Shown: positions 10,191 through 25,500 of the stretch, in pieces
Layout: each line of letters opens with the position of its first letter
Position numbering within the stretch: position 1 is the stretch's first letter
From: Eledone cirrhosa
Taxonomy: Eukaryota
Assembly (NCBI GenBank): GCA_964016885.1
Contig: OZ024741.1
Coordinates: 95,108,001-95,172,000, forward strand
Length of the DNA: 64,000 bases
Reading direction: 5' to 3'
Notes under the pieces: generated by a model
What the model was told of the DNA's origin: nothing
Databases searched by the model: none
What the model saw: the letters and a program-made list of their open reading frames with translations, nothing else
Translations under genes and position numbers: made by a program

Positions 10191-10547
10191 TAGTGTATTA
10201 TTTACATTATCACATCTGAATTTGGTTATAAGAAAGTCATCTTTGTTGTCATTCACTGTATTTTATTTCATTGATATCCTGTATTTACATTTCTGAATAT
10301 CAGCTGTGACATTTATTCAGTAATTTTTGTTATCTTGTCACACTTTTCAATAAACTAAATCATAGAAGCACAAGAGCTATTAACTATTTAAGCTCACATC
10401 TGCCATATTTACAATCCTCAACTCTAAATGTTCGTTAAACTTGAAAAAGAAAATTATAATAAATTTACAAAGTTGACAAAAATCATAGTAATGCTTTCCC
10501 TAAGAACTCAGACTACTGCAGCAATGTAAAACAATGACTAATTCAGG

Positions 10548-13500
10548 CAGGACAGGATACTGGGCTGGTATGATATAGTCACACTTTATAGAAACTGAAA
10601 TATTAGGTTGGTATGATATAGTGAGACATTGCCAGGACTGGAATACTGGGCTGGTAGGATATAGTCAGATATTATCAAGACTGAAATACTGGTATGATAT
10701 AGTCAGATATTATCAAGACTGAAATAGTGGGATGGTAAGATATAGTCAGATATTATCAAGACTTAAATACTGGGATGGTAGGATATAGTCAGATATTATC
10801 AAGACTGAAATACTGGGATGGTAGGATATAGTCAGATATTATCAAGGCTGGAATACTGGGCTGGTAGGATATAGTCAGATATTATCAAGGCTGGAATACT
10901 GGGCTGGTATGATATAGTCAGATATTATCAAGACTGAAATACTGGGCTGGTATGATATAGTCAGATATTATCAAGGCTGGAATACTGGGCTGGTAGGATA
11001 TAGTCAGATATTATCAAGGCTGGAATACTGGGCTGGTAGGATATAGTCAGATATTATCAAGACTGAAATACTGGGCTGGTATGATATAGTCAGATATTAT
11101 CAAGACTGAAATAGTGGGATGGTAGGATATAGTCAGATATTATCAAGACTGAAATACTGGGCTGGTATGATATAGTCAGATATTATCAAGACTGAAATAC
11201 TGGGATGGTAGGATATAGTCAGATATTATCAAGACTGAAATACTGCGATGGTAGGATATAGTCAGACATTATCAAGACTGAAATACTGGGATGGTAGGAT
11301 ATAGTCAGACATTATCAAGGCTGGAATACTGGGCTGGTAGGATATAGTCAGATATTATCAAGGCTGGAATACTGGGATGGTAGGTTATAGTCAGACATTA
11401 TCAAGGCTGGAATACTGGGATGGTAGGATATAGTCAGATATTATCAAGGCTGGAATACTGGGATGGTAAGATATAGTCAAATATTATCAAGGCTGGAATA
11501 CTGGGCTGGTAGAATATAGTCAGACATTATCAAGGCTGGAATACTGAGATGGTAGGATATAGTCAGATATTATCAAGACTGGAATATTGGGATGGTAGGA
11601 TATAGTCAGATATTATCAAGGCTGGAATATTGGGATGGTAGGATATAGTCAGCTATTATCAAGGCTGGAATATTAGGATGGTAGGATATAGTCAGACATT
11701 ATCAAGGCTGGAATACTGGGATGGTAGGATATAGTCAGACATTATCTAGGCTGGAATACTGGGCTGGTATGATATAGTCAGATATTATCAAGGCTGGAAT
11801 ATTAGGATGGTAAGATATAGTCAGACATTATCAAGGCTGGAATACTGGGATGGTAGGATATAGTCAGACATTATCTAGGCTGGAATACTGGGCTGGTATG
11901 ATATAGTCAGATATTATCAAGGCTGGAATATTAGGATGGTAGGATATAGTCAGATATTATCAAGGCTGGAATACTGGGATGGTAGGATATAGTCAGACAT
12001 TATCTAGGCTGGAATACTGGGCTGGTATGATATAGTCAGATATTATCAAGGCTGTAATATTGGGATGGTAGGATATAGTCAGACATTATCAAGGCTGGAA
12101 TATTAGGATGGTAGGATATAGTCAGATATTATCAAGACTGAAATACTGGGCTGGTAGGATATAGTCAGACATTATCAAGGCTGGAATATTAGGATGGTAG
12201 GATATAGTCAGATATTATCAAGGCTGGAATACTGGGATGGTAGGATATAGTCAGACATTATCAAGGCTGGAATATTAGGATGGTAGGATATAGTCAGATA
12301 TTATCAAGGCTGGAATATTAGGATGGTAGGATATAGTCAGATATTATCAAGGCTGGAATACTGGTATGGTATGATATAGTCAGACATTATCAAGGCTGGA
12401 ATATTGGGATGGTAGGATATAGTCAGACATTACCAAGGCTGGAATGCTGGGATGGTAGGATATAGTCAGATATTATCAAGGCTGGAATACTGGGCTGGTA
12501 GGATATAGTCAGATATTATCAAGGCTGGAATACTGGGATGGTATGATATAGTCAGACATTATCTAGGCTGGAATACTGGGCTGGTAGGATATAGTCAGAC
12601 ATTATCAAGGCTGGAATATTGGGATGGTAGGATATAGTCAGATATTATCAAGACTGGAATATTGGGCTGGTAGGATATAGTCAGACGTTATCAAGGCTGG
12701 AATACAGGGATGGTAGGATATAGTCAGATATTATCAAGACTGGAATATTAGGATGGTAGGATATAGTCAGATATTATCAAGGCTGGAATATTGGGCTCGT
12801 AGGATATAGTCAGATATTATCAAGGCTGGAATATTAGGATGGTAGGATATAGTCAGATATTATCAAGACTGAAATACTGGGATGGTAGGATATAGTCAGA
12901 TATTATCAAGACTGAAATACTGGGCTGGTATGATATAGTCAGACATTATCAAGGCTGGAATATTGGGATGGTAGGATATAGTCAGATATTATCAAGACTG
13001 AAATACTGGGCTGGTATGATATAGTCAGATATTATCAAGGCTGGAATACTGGGATGGTAGGATATAGTCAGATATTATCAAGGCTGGAATACTGGGATGG
13101 TAGGATATAGTCAGATATTATCAAGGCTGGAATACTGGGATGGTAGGATATAGTCAGACATTATCAAGACTGGAATACTGGGATGGTAGGATATAGTCAG
13201 ACATTATCAAGGCTGGAATACTGGGATGGTAGGATATAGTCAGACATTATCAAGGCTGGAATATTGGGCTGGTATGATATAGTCAGACATTATCAAGGCT
13301 GGAATACTGGGCTGGTAGGATATAGTCAGACATTATCAAGGCTGGAATATTAGTATGGTAGGATATAGTCAGATATTATCAAGGCTGGAATACTGGGCTG
13401 GTATGATATAGTCAGATATTATCAAGGCTGGAATATTAGGATGGTAGGATATAGTCAGATATTATCAAGGCTGGAATACTGGGATGGTAGGATATAGTCA

Positions 13501-16500
13501 GACATTATCTAGGCTAGAATACTGGGATGGTATGATATAGTCAGATATTATCAAGGCTGTAATATTGGGATGGTAGGATATAGTCACATATTATCAAGGC
13601 TGGAATATTGGGATTGTAGGATATAGTCAGATATTATCAAGGCTGTAATATTGGGATGGTAGGATATGGTCAGATATTATCAAGGCTGGAATATTGGGCT
13701 GGTAGGATATAATCAGATATTATCAAGACTGAAATACTGGGCTGGTATGATATAGTCACACATTATCAAGACTGGAATATTGGGATGGTAGGATATAGTC
13801 AGACACTATCAAGGCTGGAATATTGGGATGGTAGGATATAGTCAGACATTATCAAGGCTGGAATATTAGGATGGTAGGATATAGTCAGACATTATCAAGA
13901 CTGAAATACTGGGCTGGTAGGATATAGTCAGGCATTATCAAGGCTGGAATATTAGGATGGTAGGATATAGTCAGATATTATCAAGGCTGGAATACTCGGA
14001 TGGTATGATATAGTCAGATATTATCAAGACTGGAATATTAGGATGGTAGGATATAGTCAGATATTATCAAGGCTGGAATATTAGAATGGTAGGATATAGT
14101 CAGATATTATCAAGGCTGGAATACTGGGATGGTATGATATAGTCAGACATTATCAAGGCTGGAATACTGGGATGGTAGGATATAGTCAGACATTATCAAG
14201 GCTGGAATATTGGGATGGTAGGATATAGTCAGATATTATCAAGACTGGAATATTGGGCTGGTAGGATATAGTCAGACATTATCAAGGCTGGAATACAGGG
14301 ATGGTAGGATATAGTCAGATATTATCAAGACTGGAATATTAGGATGGTAGGATATAGTCAGATATTATCAAGGCTGGAATATTGGGATGGTAGGATATAG
14401 TCAGATATTATCAAGACTGAAATACTGGGCTGGTATGATATAGTCAGATATTATCAAGGCTGGAATACTGGGATGGTAGGATATAGTCAGACATTATCAA
14501 GGCTGGAATACTGGGCTGGTATGATATAGTCAGATATTATCAAGGCTGGAATACTGGGCTGGTAGGATATAGTCAGATATTATCAAGGCTGGAATACTGG
14601 GCTGGTAGGATATAGTCAGATATTATCAAGACTGAAATACTGGGCTGGTATGATATAGTCAGATATTATCAAGACTGAAATAGTGGGATGGTAGGATATA
14701 GTCAGATATTATCAAGACTGAAATACTGGGCTGGTATGATATAGTCAGATATTATCAAGACTGAAATACTGGGATGGTAGGATATAGTCAGATATTATCA
14801 AGACTGAAATACTGCGATGGTAGGATATAGTCAGACATTATCAAGACTGAAATACTGGGATGGTAGGATATAGTCAGACATTATCAAGGCTGGAATACTG
14901 GGCTGGTAGGATATAGTCAGATATTATCAAGGCTGGAATACTGGGATGGTAGGTTATAGTCAGACATTATCAAGGCTGGAATACTGGGATGGTAGGATAT
15001 AGTCAGATATTATCAAGGCTGGAATACTGGGATGGTAAGATATAGTCAAATATTATCAAGGCTGGAATACTGGGCTGGTAGAATATAGTCAGACATTATC
15101 AAGGCTGGAATACTGAGATGGTAGGATATAGTCAGATATTATCAAGACTGGAATATTGGGATGGTAGGATATAGTCAGATATTATCAAGGCTGGAATATT
15201 GGGATGGTAGGATATAGTCAGCTATTATCAAGGCTGGAATATTAGGATGGTAGGATATAGTCAGACATTATCAAGGCTGGAATACTGGGATGGTAGGATA
15301 TAGTCAGACATTATCTAGGCTGGAATACTGGGCTGGTATGATATAGTCAGATATTATCAAGGCTGGAATATTAGGATGGTAAGATATAGTCAGACATTAT
15401 CAAGGCTGGAATACTGGGATGGTAGGATATAGTCAGACATTATCTAGGCTGGAATACTGGGCTGGTATGATATAGTCAGATATTATCAAGGCTGGAATAT
15501 TAGGATGGTAGGATATAGTCAGATATTATCAAGGCTGGAATACTGGGATGGTAGGATATAGTCAGACATTATCTAGGCTGGAATACTGGGCTGGTATGAT
15601 ATAGTCAGATATTATCAAGGCTGTAATATTGGGATGGTAGGATATAGTCAGACATTATCAAGGCTGGAATATTAGGATGGTAGGATATAGTCAGATATTA
15701 TCAAGACTGAAATACTGGGCTGGTAGGATATAGTCAGACATTATCAAGGCTGGAATATTAGGATGGTAGGATATAGTCAGATATTATCAAGGCTGGAATA
15801 TTAGGATGGTAGGATATAGTCAGATATTATCAAGGCTGGAATACTGGTATGGTATGATATAGTCAGACATTATCAAGGCTGGAATATTGGGATGGTAGGA
15901 TATAGTCAGACATTACCAAGGCTGGAATGCTGGGATGGTAGGATATAGTCAGATATTATCAAGGCTGGAATACTGGGCTGGTAGGATATAGTCAGATATT
16001 ATCAAGGCTGGAATACTGGGATGGTATGATATAGTCAGACATTATCTAGGCTGGAATACTGGGCTGGTAGGATATAGTCAGACATTATCAAGGCTGGAAT
16101 ATTGGGATGGTAGGATATAGTCAGATATTATCAAGACTGGAATATTGGGCTGGTAGGATATAGTCAGACGTTATCAAGGCTGGAATACAGGGATGGTAGG
16201 ATATAGTCAGATATTATCAAGACTGGAATATTAGGATGGTAGGATATAGTCAGATATTATCAAGGCTGGAATATTGGGCTCGTAGGATATAGTCAGATAT
16301 TATCAAGGCTGGAATATTAGGATGGTAGGATATAGTCAGATATTATCAAGACTGAAATACTGGGATGGTAGGATATAGTCAGATATTATCAAGACTGAAA
16401 TACTGGGCTGGTATGATATAGTCAGACATTATCAAGGCTGGAATATTGGGATGGTAGGATATAGTCAGATATTATCAAGACTGAAATACTGGGCTGGTAT

Positions 16501-19500
16501 GATATAGTCAGATATTATCAAGGCTGGAATACTGGGATGGTAGGATATAGTCAGATATTATCAAGGCTGGAATACTGGGATGGTAGGATATAGTCAGATA
16601 TTATCAAGGCTGGAATACTGGGATGGTAGGATATAGTCAGATATTATCAAGGCTGGAATACTGGGATGGTAGGATATAGTCAGATATTATCAAGGCTGGA
16701 ATATTGGGATGGTAGGATATAGTCAGATATTATCAAGACTGAAATACTGGGCTGGTATGATATAGTCAGATATTATCAAGGCTGGAATACTGGGATGGTA
16801 GGATATAGTCAGACATTATCAAGGCTGGAATACTGGGATGGTAGGATATAGTCAGACATTATCAAGACTGGAATACTGGGATGGTAGGATATAGTCAGAC
16901 ATTATCAAGGCTGGAATACTGGGATGGTAGGATATAGTCAGACATTATCAAGGCTGGAATATTGGGCTGGTATGATATAGTCAGACATTATCAAGGCTGG
17001 AATACTGGGCTGGTAGGATATAGTCAGACATTATCAAGGCTGGAATATTAGTATGGTAGGATATAGTCAGATATTATCAAGGCTGGAATACTGGGCTGGT
17101 ATGATATAGTCAGATATTATCAAGGCTGGAATATTAGGATGGTAGGATATAGTCAGATATTATCAAGGCTGGAATACTGGGATGGTAGGATATAGTCAGA
17201 CATTATCTAGGCTAGAATACTGGGATGGTATGATATAGTCAGATATTATCAAGGCTGTAATATTGGGATGGTAGGATATAGTCACATATTATCAAGGCTG
17301 GAATATTGGGATTGTAGGATATAGTCAGATATTATCAAGGCTGTAATATTGGGATGGTAGGATATGGTCAGATATTATCAAGGCTGGAATATTGGGCTGG
17401 TAGGATATAATCAGATATTATCAAGACTGAAATACTGGGCTGGTAGGATATAGTCACACATTATCAAGACTGGAATATTGGGATGGTAGGATATAGTCAG
17501 ACACTATCAAGGCTGGAATATTGGGATGGTAGGATATAGTCAGACATTATCAAGGCTGGAATATTAGGATGGTAGGATATAGTCAGACATTATCAAGACT
17601 GAAATACTGGGCTGGTAGGATATAGTCAGACATTATCAAGGCTGGAATATTAGGATGGTAGGATATAGTCAGATATTATCAAGGCTGGAATACTCGGATG
17701 GTATGATATAGTCAGATATTATCAAGGCTGGAATATTAGGATGGTAGGATATAGTCAGATATTATCAAGGCTGGAATATTAGAATGGTAGGATATAGTCA
17801 GATATTATCAAGGCTGGAATACTGGGATGGTATGATATAGTCAAACATTATCAAGGCTGGAATACTGGGATGGTAGGATATAGTCAGACATTATCAAGGC
17901 TGGAATATTGGGATGGTAGGATATAGTCAGATATTATCAAGACTGGAATATTGGGCTGGTAGGATATAGTCAGACATTATCAAGGCTGGAATACAGGGAT
18001 GGTAGGATATAGTCAGATATTATCAAGACTGGAATATTAGGATGGTAGGATATAGTCAGATATTATCAAGGCTGGAATATTGGGATGGTAGGATATAGTC
18101 AGATATTATCAAGACTGAAATACTGGGCTGGTATGATATAGTCAGATATTATCAAGGCTGGAATACTGGGATGGTAGGATATAGTCAGACATTATCAAGG
18201 CTGGAATACTGGGATGGTAGGATATAGTCAGACATTATCAAGACTGGAATACTGGGATGGTAGGATATAGTCAGACATTATCAAGGCTGGAATACTGGGA
18301 TGGTAGGATATAGTCAGACATTATCAAGGCTGGAATATTGGGCTGGTATGATATAGTCAGACATTATCAAGGCTGGAATACTGGGCTGGTAGGATATAGT
18401 CAGACATTATCAAGGCTGGAATATTAGTATGGTAGGATATAGTCAGATATTATCAAGGCTGGAATACTGGGCTGGTATGATATAGTCAGATATTATCAAG
18501 GCTGGAATATTAGGATGGTAGGATATAGTCAGATATTATCAAGGCTGGAATACTGGGATGGTAGGATATAGTCAGACATTATCTAGGCTAGAATACTGGG
18601 ATGGTATGATATAGTCAGATATTATCAAGGCTGTAATATTGGGATGGTAGGATATAGTCACATATTATCAAGGCTGGAATATTGGGATTGTAGGATATAG
18701 TCAGATATTATCAAGGCTGTAATATTGGGATGGTAGGATATAGTCAGATATTATCAAGGCTGGAATATTGGGCTGGTAGGATATAATCAGATATTATCAA
18801 GACTGAAATACTGGGCTGGTAGGATATAGTCACACATTATCAAGACTGGAATATTGGGATGGTAGGATATAGTCAGACACTATCAAGGCTGGAATATTGG
18901 GATGGTAGGATATAGTCAGACATTATCAAGGCTGGAATATTAGGATGGTAGGATATAGTCAGACATTATCAAGACTGAAATACTGGGCTGGTAGGATATA
19001 GTCAGACATTATCAAGGCTGGAATATTAGGATGGTAGGATATAGTCAGATATTATCAAGGCTGGAATACTCGGATGGTATGATATAGTCAGACATTATCA
19101 AGGCTGGAATACTGGGATGGTAGGATATAGTCAGACATTATCAAGGCTGGAATATTGGGATGGTAGGATATAGTCAGATATTATCAAGACTGGAATATTG
19201 GGCTGGTAGGATATAGTCAGACATTATCAAGGCTGGAATACAGGGATGGTAGGATATAGTCAGATATTATCAAGACTGGAATATTAGGATGGTAGGATAT
19301 AGTCAGATATTATCAAGGCTGGAATATTAGGATGGTAGGATATAGTCAGATATTATCAAGGCTGGAATATTAGAATGGTAGGATATAGTCAGATATTATC
19401 AAGGCTGGAATACTGGGATGGTATGATATAGTCAGACATTATCAAGGCTGGAATACTGGGATGGTAGGATATAGTCAGACATTATCAAGGCTGGAATATT

Positions 19501-22500
19501 GGGATGGTAGGATATAGTCAGATATTATCAAGACTGGAATATTGGGCTGGTAGGATATAGTCAGACATTATCAAGGCTGGAATACAGGGATGGTAGGATA
19601 TAGTCAGATATTATCAAGACTGGAATATTAGGATGGTAGGATATAGTCAGATATTATCAAGGCTGGAATATTGGGATGGTAGGATATAGTCAGATATTAT
19701 CAAGACTGAAATACTGGGCTGGTAGGATATAGTCAGATATTATCAAGGCTGGAATACTGGGATGGTAGGATATAGTCAGATATTATCAAGGCTGGAATAC
19801 TGGGATGGTAGGATATAGTCAGATATTATCAAGGCTGAAATGTTGGGATGGTAGGATATAGTCAGATATTATCAAGACTGAAATACTGGGCTGGTATGAT
19901 ATAGTCAGATATTATCAAGGCTGGAATACTGGGATGGTAGGATATAGTCAGACATTATCAAGGCTGGAATACTGGGATGGTAGGATATAGTCAGACATTA
20001 TCAAGACTGGAATACTGGGATGGTAGGATATAGTCAGACATTATCAAGGCTGGAATACTGGGATGGTAGGATATAGTCAGACATTATCAAGGCTGGAATA
20101 TTGGGCTGGTACGATATAGTCAGACATTATCAAGGCTGGAATACTGGGCTGGTAGGATATAGTCAGACATTATCAAGGCTGGAATACTGGGCTGGTAGGA
20201 TATAGTCAGACATTATCAAGACTGGAATATTAGGCTGGTAGGATATAGTTAGACATTATCTAGGCTGGAATACTGGGCTGGTAGGATATAGTCAGACATT
20301 ATCAAGACTGGAATATTGGGCTGGTAGGATATAGTCAGACATTATCTAGGCTGGAATACTGGGCTGGTAGGATATAGTCAGACATTATCAAGACTGGAAT
20401 ATTGGGATGGTATGATATAGTCAGATATTATCAAGACTGGAATACTGGGATGGTAGGATATAGTCAGATATTATCAAGGCTGAAATGTTGGGATGGTAGG
20501 ATATAGTCAGATATTATCAAGGCTGGAATATTGGGATGGTAGGATATAGTCAGCTATTATCAAGGCTGGAATATTAGGATGGTAGGATATAGTCAGACAT
20601 TATCAAGGCTGGAATACTGGGATGGTAGGATATAGTCAGACATTATCTAGGCTGGAATACTGGGCTGGTATGATATAGTCAGATATTATCAAGGCTGGAA
20701 TATTAGGATGGTAAGATATAGTCAGACATTATCAAGGCTGGAATACTGGGATGGTAGGATATAGTCAGACATTATCTAGGCTGGAATACTGGGCTGGTAT
20801 GATATAGTCAGATATTATCAAGGCTGGAATATTAGGATGGTAGGATATAGTCAGATATTATCAAGGCTGGAATACTGGGATGGTAGGATATAGTCAGACA
20901 TTATCTAGGCTGGAATACTGGGCTGGTATGATATAGTCAGATATTATCAAGGCTGTAATATTGGGATGGTAGGATATAGTCAGACATTATCAAGGCTGGA
21001 ATATTAGGATGGTAGGATATAGTCAGATATTATCAAGACTGAAATACTGGGCTGGTAGGATATAGTCAGACATTATCAAGGCTGGAATATTAGGATGGTA
21101 GGATATAGTCAGATATTATCAAGGCTGGAATACTGGGATGGTAGGATATAGTCAGACATTATCAAGGCTGGAATATTAGGATGGTAGGATATAGTCAGAT
21201 ATTATCAAGGCTGGAATATTAGGATGGTAGGATATAGTCAGATATTATCAAGGCTGGAATACTGGTATGGTATGATATAGTCAGACATTATCAAGGCTGG
21301 AATATTGGGATGGTAGGATATAGTCAGACATTACCAAGGCTGGAATGCTGGGATGGTAGGATATAGTCAGATATTATCAAGGCTGGAATACTGGGCTGGT
21401 AGGATATAGTCAGATATTATCAAGGCTGGAATACTGGGATGGTATGATATAGTCAGACATTATCTAGGCTGGAATACTGGGCTGGTATGATATAGTCAGA
21501 CATTATCAAGGCTGGAATATTGGGATGGTAGGATATAGTCAGATATTATCAAGACTGGAATATTGGGCTGGTAGGATATAGTCAGACGTTATCAAGGCTG
21601 GAATACAGGGATGGTAGGATATAGTCAGACATTATCAAGGCTGGAATACTGGGCTGGTAGGATATAGTCAGACATTATCAAGGCTGGAATATTAGTATGG
21701 TAGGATATAGTCAGATATTATCAAGGCTGGAATACTGGGCTGGTATGATATAGTCAGATATTATCAAGGCTGGAATATTAGGATGGTAGGATATAGTCAG
21801 ATATTATCAAGGCTGGAATACTGGGATGGTAGGATATAGTCAGACATTATCTAGGCTAGAATACTGGGATGGTATGATATAGTCAGATATTATCAAGGCT
21901 GTAATATTGGGATGGTAGGATATAGTCACATATTATCAAGGCTGGAATATTGGGATTGTAGGATATAGTCAGATATTATCAAGGCTGTAATATTGGGATG
22001 GTAGGATATGGTCAGATATTATCAAGGCTGGAATATTGGGCTGGTAGGATATAATCAGATATTATCAAGACTGAAATACTGGGCTGGTAGGATATAGTCA
22101 CACATTATCAAGACTGGAATATTGGGATGGTAGGATATAGTCAGACACTATCAAGGCTGGAATATTGGGATGGTAGGATATAGTCAGACATTATCAAGGC
22201 TGGAATATTAGGATGGTAGGATATAGTCAGACATTATCAAGACTGAAATACTGGGCTGGTAGGATATAGTCAGACATTATCAAGGCTGGAATATTAGGAT
22301 GGTAGGATATAGTCAGATATTATCAAGGCTGGAATACTCGGATGGTATGATATAGTCAGATATTATCAAGGCTGGAATATTAGGATGGTAGGATATAGTC
22401 AGATATTATCAAGGCTGGAATATTAGAATGGTAGGATATAGTCAGATATTATCAAGGCTGGAATACTGGGATGGTATGATATAGTCAGACATTATCAAGG

Positions 22501-25500
22501 CTGGAATACTGGGATGGTAGGATATAGTCAGACATTATCAAGGCTGGAATATTGGGATGGTAGGATATAGTCAGATATTATCAAGACTGGAATATTGGGC
22601 TGGTAGGATATAGTCAGACATTATCAAGGCTGGAATACAGGGATGGTAGGATATAGTCAGATATTATCAAGACTGGAATATTAGGATGGTAGGATATAGT
22701 CAGATATTATCAAGGCTGGAATATTGGGATGGTAGGATATAGTCAGATATTATCAAGACTGAAATACTGGGCTGGTATGATATAGTCAGATATTATCAAG
22801 GCTGGAATACTGGGATGGTAGGATATAGTCAGACATTATCAAGGCTGGAATACTGGGATGGTAGGATATAGTCAGACATTATCAAGACTGGAATACTGGG
22901 ATGGTAGGATATAGTCAGACATTATCAAGGCTGGAATACTGGGATGGTAGGATATAGTCAGACATTATCAAGGCTGGAATATTGGGCTGGTATGATATAG
23001 TCAGACATTATCAAGGCTGGAATACTGGGCTGGTAGGATATAGTCAGACATTATCAAGGCTGGAATATTAGTATGGTAGGATATAGTCAGATATTATCAA
23101 GGCTGGAATACTGGGCTGGTATGATATAGTCAGATATTATCAAGGCTGGAATATTAGGATGGTAGGATATAGTCAGATATTATCAAGGCTGGAATACTGG
23201 GATGGTAGGATATAGTCAGACATTATCTAGGCTAGAATACTGGGATGGTATGATATAGTCAGATATTATCAAGGCTGTAATATTGGGATGGTAGGATATA
23301 GTCACATATTATCAAGGCTGGAATATTGGGATTGTAGGATATAGTCAGATATTATCAAGGCTGTAATATTGGGATGGTAGGATATAGTCAGATATTATCA
23401 AGGCTGGAATATTGGGCTGGTAGGATATAATCAGATATTATCAAGACTGAAATACTGGGCTGGTAGGATATAGTCACACATTATCAAGACTGGAATATTG
23501 GGATGGTAGGATATAGTCAGACACTATCAAGGCTGGAATATTGGGATGGTAGGATATAGTCAGACATTATCAAGGCTGGAATATTAGGATGGTAGGATAT
23601 AGTCAGACATTATCAAGACTGAAATACTGGGCTGGTAGGATATAGTCAGACATTATCAAGGCTGGAATATTAGGATGGTAGGATATAGTCAGATATTATC
23701 AAGGCTGGAATACTCGGATGGTATGATATAGTCAGACATTATCAAGGCTGGAATACTGGGATGGTAGGATATAGTCAGACATTATCAAGGCTGGAATATT
23801 GGGATGGTAGGATATAGTCAGATATTATCAAGACTGGAATATTGGGCTGGTAGGATATAGTCAGACATTATCAAGGCTGGAATACAGGGATGGTAGGATA
23901 TAGTCAGATATTATCAAGACTGGAATATTAGGATGGTAGGATATAGTCAGATATTATCAAGGCTGGAATATTAGGATGGTAGGATATAGTCAGATATTAT
24001 CAAGGCTGGAATATTAGAATGGTAGGATATAGTCAGATATTATCAAGGCTGGAATACTGGGATGGTATGATATAGTCAGACATTATCAAGGCTGGAATAC
24101 TGGGATGGTAGGATATAGTCAGACATTATCAAGGCTGGAATATTGGGATGGTAGGATATAGTCAGATATTATCAAGACTGGAATATTGGGCTGGTAGGAT
24201 ATAGTCAGACATTATCAAGGCTGGAATACAGGGATGGTAGGATATAGTCAGATATTATCAAGACTGGAATATTAGGATGGTAGGATATAGTCAGATATTA
24301 TCAAGGCTGGAATATTGGGATGGTAGGATATAGTCAGATATTATCAAGACTGAAATACTGGGCTGGTAGGATATAGTCAGATATTATCAAGGCTGGAATA
24401 CTGGGATGGTAGGATATAGTCAGATATTATCAAGACTGAAATACTGGGCTGGTATGATATAGTCAGATATTATCAAGGCTGGAATACTGGGATGGTAGGA
24501 TATAGTCAGACATTATCAAGGCTGGAATACTGGGATGGTAGGATATAGTCAGACATTATCAAGACTGGAATACTGGGATGGTAGGATATAGTCAGACATT
24601 ATCAAGGCTGGAATACTGGGATGGTAGGATATAGTCAGACATTATCAAGGCTGGAATATTGGGCTGGTACGATATAGTCAGACATTATCAAGGCTGGAAT
24701 ACTGGGCTGGTAGGATATAGTCAGACATTATCAAGGCTGGAATACTGGGCTGGTAGGATATAGTCAGACATTATCAAGACTGGAATATTAGGCTGGTAGG
24801 ATATAGTTAGACATTATCTAGGCTGGAATACTGGGCTGGTAGGATATAGTCAGACATTATCAAGACTGGAATATTGGGCTGGTAGGATATAGTCAGACAT
24901 TATCTAGGCTGGAATACTGGGCTGGTAGGATATAGTCAGACATTATCAAGACTGGAATATTGGGATGGTATGATATAGTCAGATATTATCAAGACTGGAA
25001 TACTGGGATGGTAGGATATAGTCAGATATTATCAAGGCTGAAATGTTGGGATGGTAGGATATAGTCAGATATTATCAAGGCTGGAATATTGGGATGGTAG
25101 GATATAGTCAGCTATTATCAAGGCTGGAATATTAGGATGGTAGGATATAGTCAGACATTATCAAGGCTGGAATACTGGGATGGTAGGATATAGTCAGACA
25201 TTATCTAGGCTGGAATACTGGGCTGGTATGATATAGTCAGATATTATCAAGGCTGGAATATTAGGATGGTAAGATATAGTCAGACATTATCAAGGCTGGA
25301 ATACTGGGATGTTAGGATATAGTCAGACATTATCTAGGCTGGAATACTGGGCTGGTATGATATAGTCAGATATTATCAAGGCTGGAATATTAGGATGGTA
25401 GGATATAGTCAGATATTATCAAGGCTGGAATACTGGGATGGTAGGATATAGTCAGACATTATCTAGGCTGGAATACTGGGCTGGTATGATATAGTCAGAT

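Noticed and set aside
9986-10219. 77-aa plus-strand ORF
   Set aside because: It is the antisense of the decayed RTE-like LINE fragment.
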